Positions 48,193-57,609 of a stretch of DNA of 60,887 nucleotides are shown here, piece after piece. The position numbers and the translations under genes were made by a program. The notes under the pieces were generated by a model. It was given only the letters and a program-made list of their open reading frames with translations, ran no database searches and was not told the DNA's origin. The DNA lies in IMG/VR virus record IMGVR_UViG_3300028196_000013, positions 1-60,887 of that record; one strand, written 5' to 3'. This DNA comes from a virus (taxonomy: Duplodnaviria; Caudoviricetes). How positions within the stretch are numbered: the first letter of the stretch is position 1; each line of letters starts with the position of its first letter.

Positions 48193-49701
48193 ATGAAAAA
48201 ACAATGTAAGAATTGTGGAAAGAAACTGAATGATGAAGTTTCGCTAAAGAGGGGTTTCGGGCCAGAATGCTGGAATAAGCAAAAGGCCAAAGGAACTCTT
48301 CCAATCTTAATTACACTCGCAACTGGCGTCGAGAAACTCGATTATGAGCTGTTCAATCAGCGTTTGCCAGGGGGGGAAAGTTGCGATTTTGTAATCGCAA
48401 TCAACGCCCAAGACATTTTTCCCGCTACCTACAACAGCGGTTACGCTACAGGCGGTTTGGATGTCGAAGATAAAATCAACTCAGAGTGGAAGGGTCCAAG
48501 GGATTTTTACGCTTGGATGGTTGATCAGATAGTGACGACTCATGTAATGGGTAGCTGTGAAATTGTCCTGTATGGGAGAAAGACACAAATCCCGGAAAAT
48601 ATATTGCCGGAACTACCCCCTAATATGATGGGAAAGAAAAGCGAAGCATTAACTGATTTTGAAGAAACTTGGGAGCCACTATTGATGTGGAACTCAAAGC
48701 GAATCGAACTCATGTCTCTCAAAGCGAAGGCATGGGAAATGAAAAATGAAATGGTCAGACTCGTGAAAGAGACTGTGTTTAACACAGGCACGATGTTCAT
48801 CGATGATGGCTACGAAGAGGAAGAGTTACTTTGGGAGAAAAATATGTACGAATATGGGACAGATGATTGGTATCCTACAAATGAATTTGGGAATTGGATT
48901 GAAGGCGATAAAAATCGTTTTTGGAAAGAAAACCCACACTTTTCTTTTTTGAAAAGAAAAATAGAGTCAACGAATGTCGTGTTAAAAGTATCAGATGATA
49001 TGATGGACATCATAATTGGAGATCGTTGGCAAGAATCACATAAAGCACAAATGATTGAATGGGCGGAACATGAAAGATACGCACGAGACATGGCGATCCA
49101 TGACACCTCCGATTTCTTGGAAGCTGAATTACCCATTGAAGAATGGGAAAAAGACTGGTATGAAAATCCGTACAGATGGTTAAACAGAGATTACATTTGG
49201 ATGGAACACTCTTGGGACGACCTCTCGATGGAAGACCAAGAAGAATTAAGAATGGCATCTTTATTTTCATTCTCAAGTGACCTGACAGCAATCTGGGCAG
49301 AACTTGAAATGACGAGGGATGCAAGCAAAGACGCATGGGAAGGGCCTATTGAAAAATATAGGTCGGAAACCGAAGACTCGATTATCACGCAAAGCATCAA
49401 GATTGGCCTATGGCGAAAATTCTCCGGGGACCTACAGAAAACTTTGGAGAGTCAAGAACAAGCCAACCGTGACACAGAGTATATGGAATGGTGGGACGAT
49501 GATACTGGTAATGAAAGGAACCTGATGTCGGTCCTCGTAAACAACGAAGGCGACCCTTACAATAATGAGGGGTATGACATAATGGCTCAAAATCATGTGA
49601 AGTCTGCGTTGAAAAGAATCATAAAAGAAAGTTTGACTTTGATTGAAAAAAGTATCCTCAAGATGGATATTGAGATATTCGAGTTTGACGATTATAACTG
49701 A
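48193..49701 (+). CDS. Acidic protein with N-terminal DUF6011-like Zn finger
   Basis: CKNCGKKLNDEVSLKRGFGPECW; CTGAAC|ATG start. Confidence 0.7.
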   Translation: MKKQCKNCGKKLNDEVSLKRGFGPECWNKQKAKGTLPILITLATGVEKLDYELFNQRLPGGESCDFVIAINAQDIFPATYNSGYATGGLDVEDKINSEWKGPRDFYAWMVDQIVTTHVMGSCEIVLYGRKTQIPENILPELPPNMMGKKSEALTDFEETWEPLLMWNSKRIELMSLKAKAWEMKNEMVRLVKETVFNTGTMFIDDGYEEEELLWEKNMYEYGTDDWYPTNEFGNWIEGDKNRFWKENPHFSFLKRKIESTNVVLKVSDDMMDIIIGDRWQESHKAQMIEWAEHERYARDMAIHDTSDFLEAELPIEEWEKDWYENPYRWLNRDYIWMEHSWDDLSMEDQEELRMASLFSFSSDLTAIWAELEMTRDASKDAWEGPIEKYRSETEDSIITQSIKIGLWRKFSGDLQKTLESQEQANRDTEYMEWWDDDTGNERNLMSVLVNNEGDPYNNEGYDIMAQNHVKSALKRIIKESLTLIEKSILKMDIEIFEFDDYN

Positions 49702-49708
49702 ACAATTA

Positions 49709-49738
49709 GCTTAAGGGTGCGAAGGCGTAATAGATTGA
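49709..49738 (+). promoter_or_regulatory. Putative internal promoter, copy 2
   Basis: GCTTAAGGGTGCGAAGGCGTAATAGATTGA between two CTGAAC motifs; TATA-like CTTAAG. Confidence 0.5.
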
Positions 49739-49744
49739 CTGAAC

Positions 49745-49957
49745 ATGGGAAAGCGATACAGATTAAAATGTAGGTTTTGTTTGACGACATTTGATTGGCC
49801 TGGTAAGGGAGAGAATGTCGAACACGATGATGTAAATGAGATAGCAATAATATGCCCGGGTGATGAGAAAGCGATGATTGCTTCTCATGTTGAAATCTTG
49901 AGAGATGGTGATGTAATGAACATCAAAGAACGATTTTGGATAATGGAAAAATACTGA
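49745..49957 (+). CDS. Small Zn-finger-like protein
   Basis: CTGAAC|ATG start; CRFC. Confidence 0.7.
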   Translation: MGKRYRLKCRFCLTTFDWPGKGENVEHDDVNEIAIICPGDEKAMIASHVEILRDGDVMNIKERFWIMEKY

Positions 49958-49959
49958 AC

Positions 49960-50718
49960 ATGGAAAATGATACATCTGTAGAATGGACTTATGAAGTGTC
50001 GGGGAAAGCCCTAATGACATTTGTAAAAGAAGTGAACAACCTCGATTGTGACGCAAAATTTGAGCTATTGGAGAATGGAATCACAGTAAATGTGGTTGAT
50101 CCATCTCATGTTAGCATGAGTTCCGTTACGCTTGGAGGAGGAAAACCCATTGGGCTTTCCTACGGAATGGAATTGCGTAGATTGAGAGAGTCCCTGACGG
50201 GCCACACGAAAATGAACGCAAAGGAAACCAGTATGGTTACAATGAACTGCGATGGAGAGATTATGTATGTAGATCTTCAAGACGGAACCAAGTTTTCGTG
50301 GAGAGGCCTCGACCTTTCGACTCTATCGCCACCCACACTACCTGAAATGGAATTGAATGCGTCGATTAGCGTCACAGGTCAACAATTTGCGTTGGGGATT
50401 CAAAGGCAGAGACGGATTGGGGATTTGGCAAGAGTAATGATTACGAAAGATAATTTGGAACTTTCTGTGAATGGCACCACAAGCCGAGTTGTTACGACAA
50501 TTAGTGGCGCTGGCAAAATCAAGGACAAAACCGAGTCCGTACACAGCAACTACAGCCTTACTTATTTGGCTGGTATTGCGAAAGAATGGAAGAATGTTGA
50601 CACAATAACTCTTGAATTAGGAGAGAATTATCCGTTGTTAGCAAGAAAAGTAAACGAAATCGGAGGTGTGGAGATAAAAAGCAAATTTTTCCTCGCACCA
50701 AGAACCGAAGATTACTGA
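49960..50718 (+). CDS. pcn: PCNA sliding clamp homolog (archaeal type)
   Basis: VDPSHVSM; YSLTYL; LGENYPL; C-terminal FFLAPR. Confidence 0.9.
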   Translation: MENDTSVEWTYEVSGKALMTFVKEVNNLDCDAKFELLENGITVNVVDPSHVSMSSVTLGGGKPIGLSYGMELRRLRESLTGHTKMNAKETSMVTMNCDGEIMYVDLQDGTKFSWRGLDLSTLSPPTLPEMELNASISVTGQQFALGIQRQRRIGDLARVMITKDNLELSVNGTTSRVVTTISGAGKIKDKTESVHSNYSLTYLAGIAKEWKNVDTITLELGENYPLLARKVNEIGGVEIKSKFFLAPRTEDY

Positions 50719-50729
50719 TATAACTGAAC

Positions 50730-50918
50730 ATGGCGAAAAACGCACGATGGATGATGATTGAAGGACCATTCCCTACTAACGAACCGAAGGGTGTCTTGAT
50801 GAATGAGAACATGATTGATGAGAAATACAAAGAAGAGGTGTTGAAGTTGGAAATTGGTGAAGCTTCACCGATTTACCTTCACGAAGGCAAGGAATTAGTA
50901 TTCTTGCGAACTCAATGA
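50730..50918 (+). CDS. Hypothetical protein
   Basis: CTGAAC|ATG start. Confidence 0.7.
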   Translation: MAKNARWMMIEGPFPTNEPKGVLMNENMIDEKYKEEVLKLEIGEASPIYLHEGKELVFLRTQ

Positions 50919-50925
50919 ACTGAAC

Positions 50926-51180
50926 ATGGAAAAAAGTGAAAGACTTTACGAAACAGTGATGAAATTAGCAGCGGTGCAAGAGTTGAGAAAAGAACTACCT
51001 CTCTCTTGGTGTGACCTTGAGGGTCTGACTAAGAAACAACTGATGGATCAGTACATCATCAAGCATCAAATACCGTATCCGAATCGAGGTCCGATGGCAA
51101 ATAAGCCCATTTTCGAAAATACGAAGAAGAACAAGAAGTGGTTGATTGACCGAATTCTTGAATTTTCACGCAAAAACTGA
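50926..51180 (+). CDS. Hypothetical protein
   Basis: CTGAAC|ATG start. Confidence 0.7.
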   Translation: MEKSERLYETVMKLAAVQELRKELPLSWCDLEGLTKKQLMDQYIIKHQIPYPNRGPMANKPIFENTKKNKKWLIDRILEFSRKN

Positions 51181-51182
51181 AC

Positions 51183-51395
51183 ATGGAAATATTTGATGTA
51201 AAGAGGTGCGAGGATGGGCACGAACTTCATAGGGTAATTACGGGTTTTAGAAAATGGAAGGCTTGGAATCGACTGATAGAAAAACAATATCTGGTAAAAG
51301 AGGTGTGCGCAGCATGCGGCAAAGGAGTTTCGCTTACGAGAGAGATTGATTGTTGCTGGTGCATAGAGAAATTGCTGTGCGGTTGCCGGAACTAA
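51183..51395 (+). CDS. Small Cys-rich protein
   Basis: CTGAAC|ATG start. Confidence 0.7.
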   Translation: MEIFDVKRCEDGHELHRVITGFRKWKAWNRLIEKQYLVKEVCAACGKGVSLTREIDCCWCIEKLLCGCRN

Positions 51396-51402
51396 ACTGA
51401 AC

Positions 51403-51684
51403 ATGGAAGCAAAATTCGAAGTGACAAGAACAATTCGATACGAGAATTCTTTCGGTTGGGTTGGAGATGCGCATGAAAATGTAAAATTCAATGTGACCGT
51501 TAAAGTGAACGATGAGAAAGAGAAAGGATGGTGGGAAATCTCTGGTGGCGAGCATTATGCCAGTGGAGAACTATTGTTTGAAGGCAAGAGGCTGTGTGAT
51601 TACGATGGCATATTCAGCTTGCCCGACTACATCGCAGACAAACTTGAAGAAAACGGGTATGATGTAAGTTACCTGAAAAACTGA
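51403..51684 (+). CDS. Hypothetical protein
   Basis: CTGAAC|ATG start; LCDYDGIFSLP. Confidence 0.7.
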   Translation: MEAKFEVTRTIRYENSFGWVGDAHENVKFNVTVKVNDEKEKGWWEISGGEHYASGELLFEGKRLCDYDGIFSLPDYIADKLEENGYDVSYLKN

Positions 51685-51686
51685 AC

Positions 51687-51872
51687 ATGGAAAAATCAGC
51701 AGAAAGAGAAGGAAGAATGATGATAAAAGCGAAGTATGATAAACATACAGACCAATACTTAGTGCGTTCTGTTAATTCACATGAACAAGGTGAGTGGTAT
51801 TATTGTAGGGGCTGTGAAATGAAATGGGTAAAACCATGCAATCATCATATGAATTGTCCAAGAAGTAACTGA
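51687..51872 (+). CDS. Small Cys/His protein
   Basis: CTGAAC|ATG start. Confidence 0.7.
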   Translation: MEKSAEREGRMMIKAKYDKHTDQYLVRSVNSHEQGEWYYCRGCEMKWVKPCNHHMNCPRSN

Positions 51873-51874
51873 AC

Positions 51875-52642
51875 ATGGGAACATTACATTATGGACTTAG
51901 AGGAAGTAAAAGTAACGATGACGGAACTTTCACGGAACAAGAGATGGATGTGGTCGCTGGACTTGGCTTAGGATTTTTATCTGGAGCCACCGGCGTAGGC
52001 CACATCGGAGCAGGAGAGAAAGGCTACACCGCCCCTTGGGTGGTTACACCGGAAGAAGCCCAAGCAAGATTCGAGATATTCAAAATCTTAGATCCACAAG
52101 CCTGGGAAGAGTTGAAAACTCACGGACCTGGGGGAACTGGGGGTATTGGTGAGGGCAAATTAGAATGTTGGGAAAGACTTCTTGACATTGACTTCTTGGA
52201 AAACCTTGAGAAAAAAGAATGGAGTACAAATTGGGGCAACTGGTCGACGGAAGAATTCGTTTACAAGATGGGCTACAAATTTGGCTTCGAAAGAATTGCG
52301 AACTTCAAGCAGGGCTACTTCAGAAAATTCATCCCGATCCATAGTGAACATAGATGGCATCGAGATGGAATGGAAAAGGTGAAGCGAACAATTGTGATGC
52401 TGAATCTGCAGACAAACGGGCGAAAATTGGAAGACGAAGAAGTTGAAGATTGGTTTACCGAACTGCAAACAGATGCATGGAATTACTTACAGCAACGATT
52501 GATGCCGAACAGCATGGTCTCCGAAAGGGATTACAACTACTGCGAAGTCGCAGGCTACTACGGCGTATTCGATGTTAAGATTGATGAAAAGACAAACCGC
52601 TTGACAATTAAAGAGCGACTTGAAGAGGAACACGAAAACTGA
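51875..52642 (+). CDS. Hypothetical protein
   Basis: CTGAAC|ATG start; 255 aa. Confidence 0.75.
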   Translation: MGTLHYGLRGSKSNDDGTFTEQEMDVVAGLGLGFLSGATGVGHIGAGEKGYTAPWVVTPEEAQARFEIFKILDPQAWEELKTHGPGGTGGIGEGKLECWERLLDIDFLENLEKKEWSTNWGNWSTEEFVYKMGYKFGFERIANFKQGYFRKFIPIHSEHRWHRDGMEKVKRTIVMLNLQTNGRKLEDEEVEDWFTELQTDAWNYLQQRLMPNSMVSERDYNYCEVAGYYGVFDVKIDEKTNRLTIKERLEEEHEN

Positions 52643-52644
52643 AC

Positions 52645-52983
52645 ATGGACAATAGTGAAACTATGGACAAACTGCATAAAATGGTAGATGAAAACGGATA
52701 CCACAGGGGATACCCCAGTGGACCAAATGATGACCGGCTGATGAATCTTAGCGATAAAGACCTGCGCTTGATGGTGTGGGCCTACAGCAACGAAGTACGA
52801 GTAATGAAAGAGGACATGGCAAACATACAAGCAGACATGTGGCATGAGGCATTATATGACCACGAAGAAAACATCATACGCATACCAAAGTCGCCTGGAA
52901 GCAAAGCAATCATTCGTTGTTTTGCCATTAAAGAGACGACAGTAGAAAGCATACACTCGCTGTGTGCGAAGCGAGGAAACTGA
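52645..52983 (+). CDS. Hypothetical protein
   Basis: CTGAAC|ATG start. Confidence 0.7.
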   Translation: MDNSETMDKLHKMVDENGYHRGYPSGPNDDRLMNLSDKDLRLMVWAYSNEVRVMKEDMANIQADMWHEALYDHEENIIRIPKSPGSKAIIRCFAIKETTVESIHSLCAKRGN

Positions 52984-52985
52984 AC

Positions 52986-53291
52986 ATGGAACTACACGGA
53001 AAGCGAGCGATTGCATGGAATGGAGATTTGACCGACGAAAACGGCTTCATCTGGTGTACAGTCAAAGAAGACACACCAGGATACATTCCGATGACCGGGC
53101 AAGATGAATACCAAGCACCTTGGTATCTATGCCATTTTGAAAACCACAGGAAAGAAGACGGGACGATTGATTACACCTCCGCTCGAGAACGAGCAGAGAA
53201 AACCGCCGCACGATGGAACGAAGAACAAGGATACACGGAGGAGCAAGTACACAAAATTCTGGCTTCATCAATGAGACTTGGAAGAAACTGA
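52986..53291 (+). CDS. Hypothetical protein
   Basis: CTGAAC|ATG start (MELHG). Confidence 0.7.
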   Translation: MELHGKRAIAWNGDLTDENGFIWCTVKEDTPGYIPMTGQDEYQAPWYLCHFENHRKEDGTIDYTSARERAEKTAARWNEEQGYTEEQVHKILASSMRLGRN

Positions 53292-53293
53292 AC

Positions 53294-53491
53294 ATGAAAC
53301 TTGAGAAAATCAGAGATGGTGAATACAAGTGGGGTGGAAAATTGATACTGAAAGAGGACCACCCTCACAATCACACCTACTACATGATATGGGGTGAGGA
53401 CGGAGAACTTGAAAGAGTTGCTTTAGCAGGGTTGAATGAAGTCCGGTCATACTTGACCGAAAAAGACCGAACCGTTGGTTCCACGCCCTAA
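53294..53491 (+). CDS. Hypothetical protein
   Basis: CTGAAC|ATG start (MKLEK). Confidence 0.7.
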   Translation: MKLEKIRDGEYKWGGKLILKEDHPHNHTYYMIWGEDGELERVALAGLNEVRSYLTEKDRTVGSTP

Positions 53492-53508
53492 ATGCGACTG
53501 AACTGAAC

Positions 53509-54012
53509 ATGGACAACAAATTGATTGTACGGATCATGTATTGTGTAGAGGATGAGTTTCCTCCGAAGTTCAAATTCGGAGACACTCTCCCAAATGTGAA
53601 AGAATTACGGGAGAACTGGAAGGTTCTTCCCGATTGGGTATATGAGAACTTGGCCGAAGATGGAATAAATCTTGAGTATGGCGACGACATGGCGAAAGAC
53701 ATCGAATACGGTTCGGTTGAACGCTTTGGAAACCTCATGGAAAACATATTTAGAAGGATGAATTCCTACGAAACGAATCCTCTTGCCATTGAATATCCTC
53801 ACAGGATTGACTGCTATGAGGATGGAGAAACGCCTAAGCTGCTCGAACCAGATAATCCGAGAATTGGGCAGGAATGGATGAAAGAACACAATGTCCATCA
53901 TACTTCGATGTCCGTTGGAGACATCGTGGAGATAAACGGTAAACTTTGGCATTGTCAAAGTGCCGGATGGAAATTGATGAATATAGAGGCCCATTGTTGG
54001 GACAATAACTGA
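53509..54012 (+). CDS. YodL-like domain protein
   Basis: HTSMSVGDIVEINGKLWHCQSAGW. Confidence 0.65.
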   Translation: MDNKLIVRIMYCVEDEFPPKFKFGDTLPNVKELRENWKVLPDWVYENLAEDGINLEYGDDMAKDIEYGSVERFGNLMENIFRRMNSYETNPLAIEYPHRIDCYEDGETPKLLEPDNPRIGQEWMKEHNVHHTSMSVGDIVEINGKLWHCQSAGWKLMNIEAHCWDNN

Positions 54013-54014
54013 AC

Positions 54015-54149
54015 ATGGAAAAAGAATGCTTTGCATGCGACCACGAAAGAAAAGTCCTCATCGTTGTACGAAAAAAGCCATTTTGTAAATGGTGCGTTGC
54101 GGATATATTGAAGGAACATATAGGTGATGATGGAGAATGGTTAAACTGA
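54015..54149 (+). CDS. Small Zn-finger protein (44 aa, not in ORF track)
   Basis: MEKECFAC..FCKWC; motif at both ends. Confidence 0.65.
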   Translation: MEKECFACDHERKVLIVVRKKPFCKWCVADILKEHIGDDGEWLN

Positions 54150-54151
54150 AC

Positions 54152-54961
54152 ATGGCAGAAATCGTAAAAGAAGATGAGTTCGATAAGAGCGAATACTACG
54201 ACGAAAATGGCGAGGTCATATACTGCAAAGACACCGAGATTTTAATTCAAGGTGAAGCTGGCGGTAGAGGCGAAAAGACAGAAATGAAAGATGGAAGCAC
54301 CATATCCACGATTACAATGGGCATCTACAGTGGGAATCTGTGGAAGTACAAAGTAGCCGAGTGGCCATGGAGTCATGCTATGATTGAGAGTGAGAGAGGG
54401 CCGCCGTATTGGGGAGTCACAGACGAACCTGCGGATTACTTCGCTCACAAATACAACTTTTACTGTGGAATTACATGGGTACAGAGAATGCCTGCGGAGG
54501 TTGCAATGTTTTTATTGTCAAGACCATTCCGATTGATACCACATACAGATGGAAGTGTAGGGCTACACGCAGCGATCAAAATTCACGATGACCCAGAAAA
54601 GGGTAAGGAATTGATTGAAGCATTGAGTGAATCCACAAAGTCATACAAACAATTCATCGAATCGTCCAGGAAACTGGGCATTCATGGATATGAAAGCGGT
54701 CCAAGAAGGCCGCGTACAATGATCTTAGACGCAGCAGTGCGATTGAGGGAAAAACTCGAAAAGATAGAAACTCAATTCAATAGAATTCGATGGTTGGAAT
54801 ACAACATCAGATTCCGAAACAACATGGATGAGTGGCATGATATGTTTGACACGCGGATGCACAAGGAATTTGTTGCTGATACGGCCAAAGCATTTGAAAA
54901 GATAGGAACCCTCCTCGGGCAAGAAACACTTGCAAACGAGGAAGAGGTAGACGAAGACTGA
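54152..54961 (+). CDS. Hypothetical protein
   Basis: CTGAAC|ATG start (MAEIV). Confidence 0.75.
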   Translation: MAEIVKEDEFDKSEYYDENGEVIYCKDTEILIQGEAGGRGEKTEMKDGSTISTITMGIYSGNLWKYKVAEWPWSHAMIESERGPPYWGVTDEPADYFAHKYNFYCGITWVQRMPAEVAMFLLSRPFRLIPHTDGSVGLHAAIKIHDDPEKGKELIEALSESTKSYKQFIESSRKLGIHGYESGPRRPRTMILDAAVRLREKLEKIETQFNRIRWLEYNIRFRNNMDEWHDMFDTRMHKEFVADTAKAFEKIGTLLGQETLANEEEVDED

Positions 54962-54963
54962 AC

Positions 54964-55320
54964 ATGGGATTATTGAAAACAGAATGTAAATCCTGCCAGC
55001 GTCCGTTGCAGGACATCAAATCCCAACTAAGGGGTATTGGCCCAATCTGTTATGAAAGGCCAAGATGCTCAAAATGCCATAAGCCAATAAAACGGTATGC
55101 GCATGCCGGATGGCACAGCACTCTCCTTTCTTGGAATGTATGGGGTGTCTACGGAAATCAAGCTGATAAGCGAAATCCAAACGGGATGTATTTTTTTGCA
55201 TTGTCGATATGCTGCAGTGCAGATATCGACAATGTTCAAATTATCTACGACGAATATGAAAAGGCAACGATGGATCACGAATTGACCCAGCGAGAATTGG
55301 CCGAGGCAAGAAGAGACTGA
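54964..55320 (+). CDS. DUF6011-like Zn finger protein
   Basis: CKSCQRPLQDIKSQLRGIGPIC. Confidence 0.7.
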   Translation: MGLLKTECKSCQRPLQDIKSQLRGIGPICYERPRCSKCHKPIKRYAHAGWHSTLLSWNVWGVYGNQADKRNPNGMYFFALSICCSADIDNVQIIYDEYEKATMDHELTQRELAEARRD

Positions 55321-55322
55321 AC

Positions 55323-55562
55323 ATGGCTAAGACAAAACGGATTAGAAGTTTAATCGCAGCATATTTGGAAAAAGAAGGTAAAGCATCTTTTACGAGGATA
55401 TTGACGCACATCAACGATACTACAAAGCATGGGACAACATCTCAGCAATTGGGGAATGTTCTGGCAAAGAACACAGAATTTACAAAGTGTGGAATGGTAT
55501 TCCAAGAATCAATGCTTACTGGCGGATATGAAGTAACAATATGGGAAATGAGCAAAAACTGA
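55323..55562 (+). CDS. DUF3860-like winged-helix protein
   Basis: HIN...HGTTSQQLGNVLAK...GGY...W; family recalled from Thermoplasmatota. Confidence 0.7.
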   Translation: MAKTKRIRSLIAAYLEKEGKASFTRILTHINDTTKHGTTSQQLGNVLAKNTEFTKCGMVFQESMLTGGYEVTIWEMSKN

Positions 55563-55564
55563 AC

Positions 55565-55747
55565 ATGAAAACATACGAGTGTCAAAAATTATGGCAGCCC
55601 TTGATTTGTGCTACGCACGGGGCTCAGTGGGTTGCAAACATACACGATGAAACGGAAGAAGATGAAAATGGCGAAACTTACACAATTCGAAGCATAAATT
55701 GTGCGGTTACGGGTTGCCATAATCTAATGAGAGAAATAAGAATCTGA
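55565..55747 (+). CDS. Small Cys/His protein
   Basis: CTGAAC|ATG start (MKTYE). Confidence 0.7.
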   Translation: MKTYECQKLWQPLICATHGAQWVANIHDETEEDENGETYTIRSINCAVTGCHNLMREIRI

Positions 55748-55749
55748 AC

Positions 55750-56091
55750 ATGACTGAATGTGAATTGTGCGACGATGTAGATTGCAGTCCAGGTTGCCCC
55801 AAATCTCAATGGAAGAGGGGGCTTGACTCGGGCTCGATTTTACGAGACAATTGGCAAAATGGAAGGACTGCGATATTTATTGGCGATCCACCTTACTTGG
55901 CAAAGGGTCTCGGAAATGGGAAATGCGAATTGCATGGAGAAAGAGAAGGATGCGAGGGTGCAGGCGAATTGTATGAATGGAAAGGACAAGACCCCTACAC
56001 TCTGCGAATGGTTACAAAATTAGCTTGTTCAACCTGCTTCTTCCAGCTTGAATTGGTAAGAAATGAAATAGAAAGCATAGATGGATACTGA
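55750..56091 (+). CDS. Cys-rich hypothetical protein
   Basis: CTGAAC|ATG start. Confidence 0.7.
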   Translation: MTECELCDDVDCSPGCPKSQWKRGLDSGSILRDNWQNGRTAIFIGDPPYLAKGLGNGKCELHGEREGCEGAGELYEWKGQDPYTLRMVTKLACSTCFFQLELVRNEIESIDGY

Positions 56092-56093
56092 AC

Positions 56094-56333
56094 ATGGAAG
56101 AAGACATTTTGGTGTTGACCGTAGTGAGTCTCCTTGTATTGACATGGATAGTTTACAAGGTGAGAAAAATGATTGAAAGAATAGATGTAATGGACCAAAC
56201 ATATTCAACGATGCTGAATGAATTGGGCTTCATGCTTGGAGCAACAATGGATCATCTGAAAGTGGTCCATCCTGACGACATCCCCAATGCACCGGATTTG
56301 AATAAGCTGGTGAGCGAGTGGGATAACAACTGA
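56094..56333 (+). CDS. Single-TM protein
   Basis: CTGAAC|ATG start; N-terminal hydrophobic helix. Confidence 0.7.
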   Translation: MEEDILVLTVVSLLVLTWIVYKVRKMIERIDVMDQTYSTMLNELGFMLGATMDHLKVVHPDDIPNAPDLNKLVSEWDNN

Positions 56334-56335
56334 AC

Positions 56336-56656
56336 ATGACGACAAGTGTTGATCTAAAAGGAGTGAAGAAGATTCACAGCCTCCCGTTCGAAGCAGAGGA
56401 CTGGGAGAAAGCTGAAATCTTCGCAAAGGAACTTGGATATGAGCAGACGGCTTACACCTCGCACGGGGTATTCAATGAGCTGGCTTGCATACCAGACCGA
56501 GAAGACTACGATATGGGGAAAAGAGAAGGAAGAATCATCAAGACGGCTGAACTTGGGTTCTTGTTTGTGCAAACAGACGAGAATTTGCTTGGCTGGCAAT
56601 TGGATGATTTCATCAATGAGAAATACGAACGAAAATTGATTCGTAATGAAGACTGA
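56336..56656 (+). CDS. Hypothetical protein
   Basis: CTGAAC|ATG start. Confidence 0.7.
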   Translation: MTTSVDLKGVKKIHSLPFEAEDWEKAEIFAKELGYEQTAYTSHGVFNELACIPDREDYDMGKREGRIIKTAELGFLFVQTDENLLGWQLDDFINEKYERKLIRNED

Positions 56657-56658
56657 AC

Positions 56659-56916
56659 ATGACAATTATTGATGATTTGCAAACCATAATCGATGGAGCA
56701 GAGGAAGGTTTCTTCTCTATTGACGATTTGAAAGATATTGTGGAAAAAGAAAAGGGTCAAATGAAGACTCTTGGCGAGTTGATAAAATCCGCCAAGGAGT
56801 TAATCATTTACGATGAAGAAGACGATATGTGGGGTTATGACGAGGAAAGATGGTCGAATCCACCGTTGGATGCTATGGATCTTATTGTTCACATAGCAAC
56901 GCTTGACGAGAACTGA
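56659..56916 (+). CDS. Acidic hypothetical protein
   Basis: CTGAAC|ATG start. Confidence 0.7.
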   Translation: MTIIDDLQTIIDGAEEGFFSIDDLKDIVEKEKGQMKTLGELIKSAKELIIYDEEDDMWGYDEERWSNPPLDAMDLIVHIATLDEN

Positions 56917-56918
56917 AC

Positions 56919-57053
56919 ATGGAATGCCCGGAATGTGGAAAAGATATGCAATTCAAATTGTCAGAAGAGCAAGAAGGATGGAGAGATGAAAAGGGATACC
57001 TTTGGATAACTGTTGAAGACAGTTTCAGGTGCCCGTGGTGCAAACAAAACTGA
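56919..57053 (+). CDS. Small Zn-ribbon protein (44 aa, not in ORF track)
   Basis: MECPECG..RCPWC; motif at both ends. Confidence 0.65.
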   Translation: MECPECGKDMQFKLSEEQEGWRDEKGYLWITVEDSFRCPWCKQN

Positions 57054-57055
57054 AC

Positions 57056-57304
57056 ATGACTAAAGAAGCCGAAGAGAGTTGGACGATTAGAATGAATGAT
57101 TTGATAACCAAATTGAATTTTGATGAAGAATTGTTTTTTGAATACCTAAGCGAAGATTGGACCGTTAGCGAATACATGGATGCAGTAGCCGGATTGGGCG
57201 AAGGTGGCCCTGTTGGAGAATTGGCAGAAGGATGGGGACGAGCAGAATATGTGAATTCCCTCATCATTGATTTCCTCAAGAACGGAAAAAGAACCGAATT
57301 ATAA
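57056..57304 (+). CDS. Acidic hypothetical protein
   Basis: CTGAAC|ATG start (MTKEA). Confidence 0.7.
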   Translation: MTKEAEESWTIRMNDLITKLNFDEELFFEYLSEDWTVSEYMDAVAGLGEGGPVGELAEGWGRAEYVNSLIIDFLKNGKRTEL

Positions 57305-57310
57305 CTGAAC

Positions 57311-57601
57311 ATGGACACTTTGACAAAATGGCTTGAATGGGAAGAACCGAATGTTTGGGATGTCTGCGGAGATATTCATTTCCGAGACTGGGAATGGAGC
57401 AGATTTTTCGGCAAAGATTTTGAAACATTGATCTCTGGCGGTTGGCTTCTCGAAGTCCTGCCATGGCAACTGGATTGCTACACATGCTATATGCTGATTT
57501 GGGGGACAGATCACGCTTATGCTGAACCAATGGGCCTAATCGGAGGTCCTGAGAGTTATCACCGAGACCTTGATGGTCGCCGGTCCGCAGTTGACGGATG
57601 A
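57311..57601 (+). CDS. Trp-rich hypothetical protein
   Basis: CTGAAC|ATG start. Confidence 0.7.
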   Translation: MDTLTKWLEWEEPNVWDVCGDIHFRDWEWSRFFGKDFETLISGGWLLEVLPWQLDCYTCYMLIWGTDHAYAEPMGLIGGPESYHRDLDGRRSAVDG

Positions 57602-57609
57602 AACTGAAC

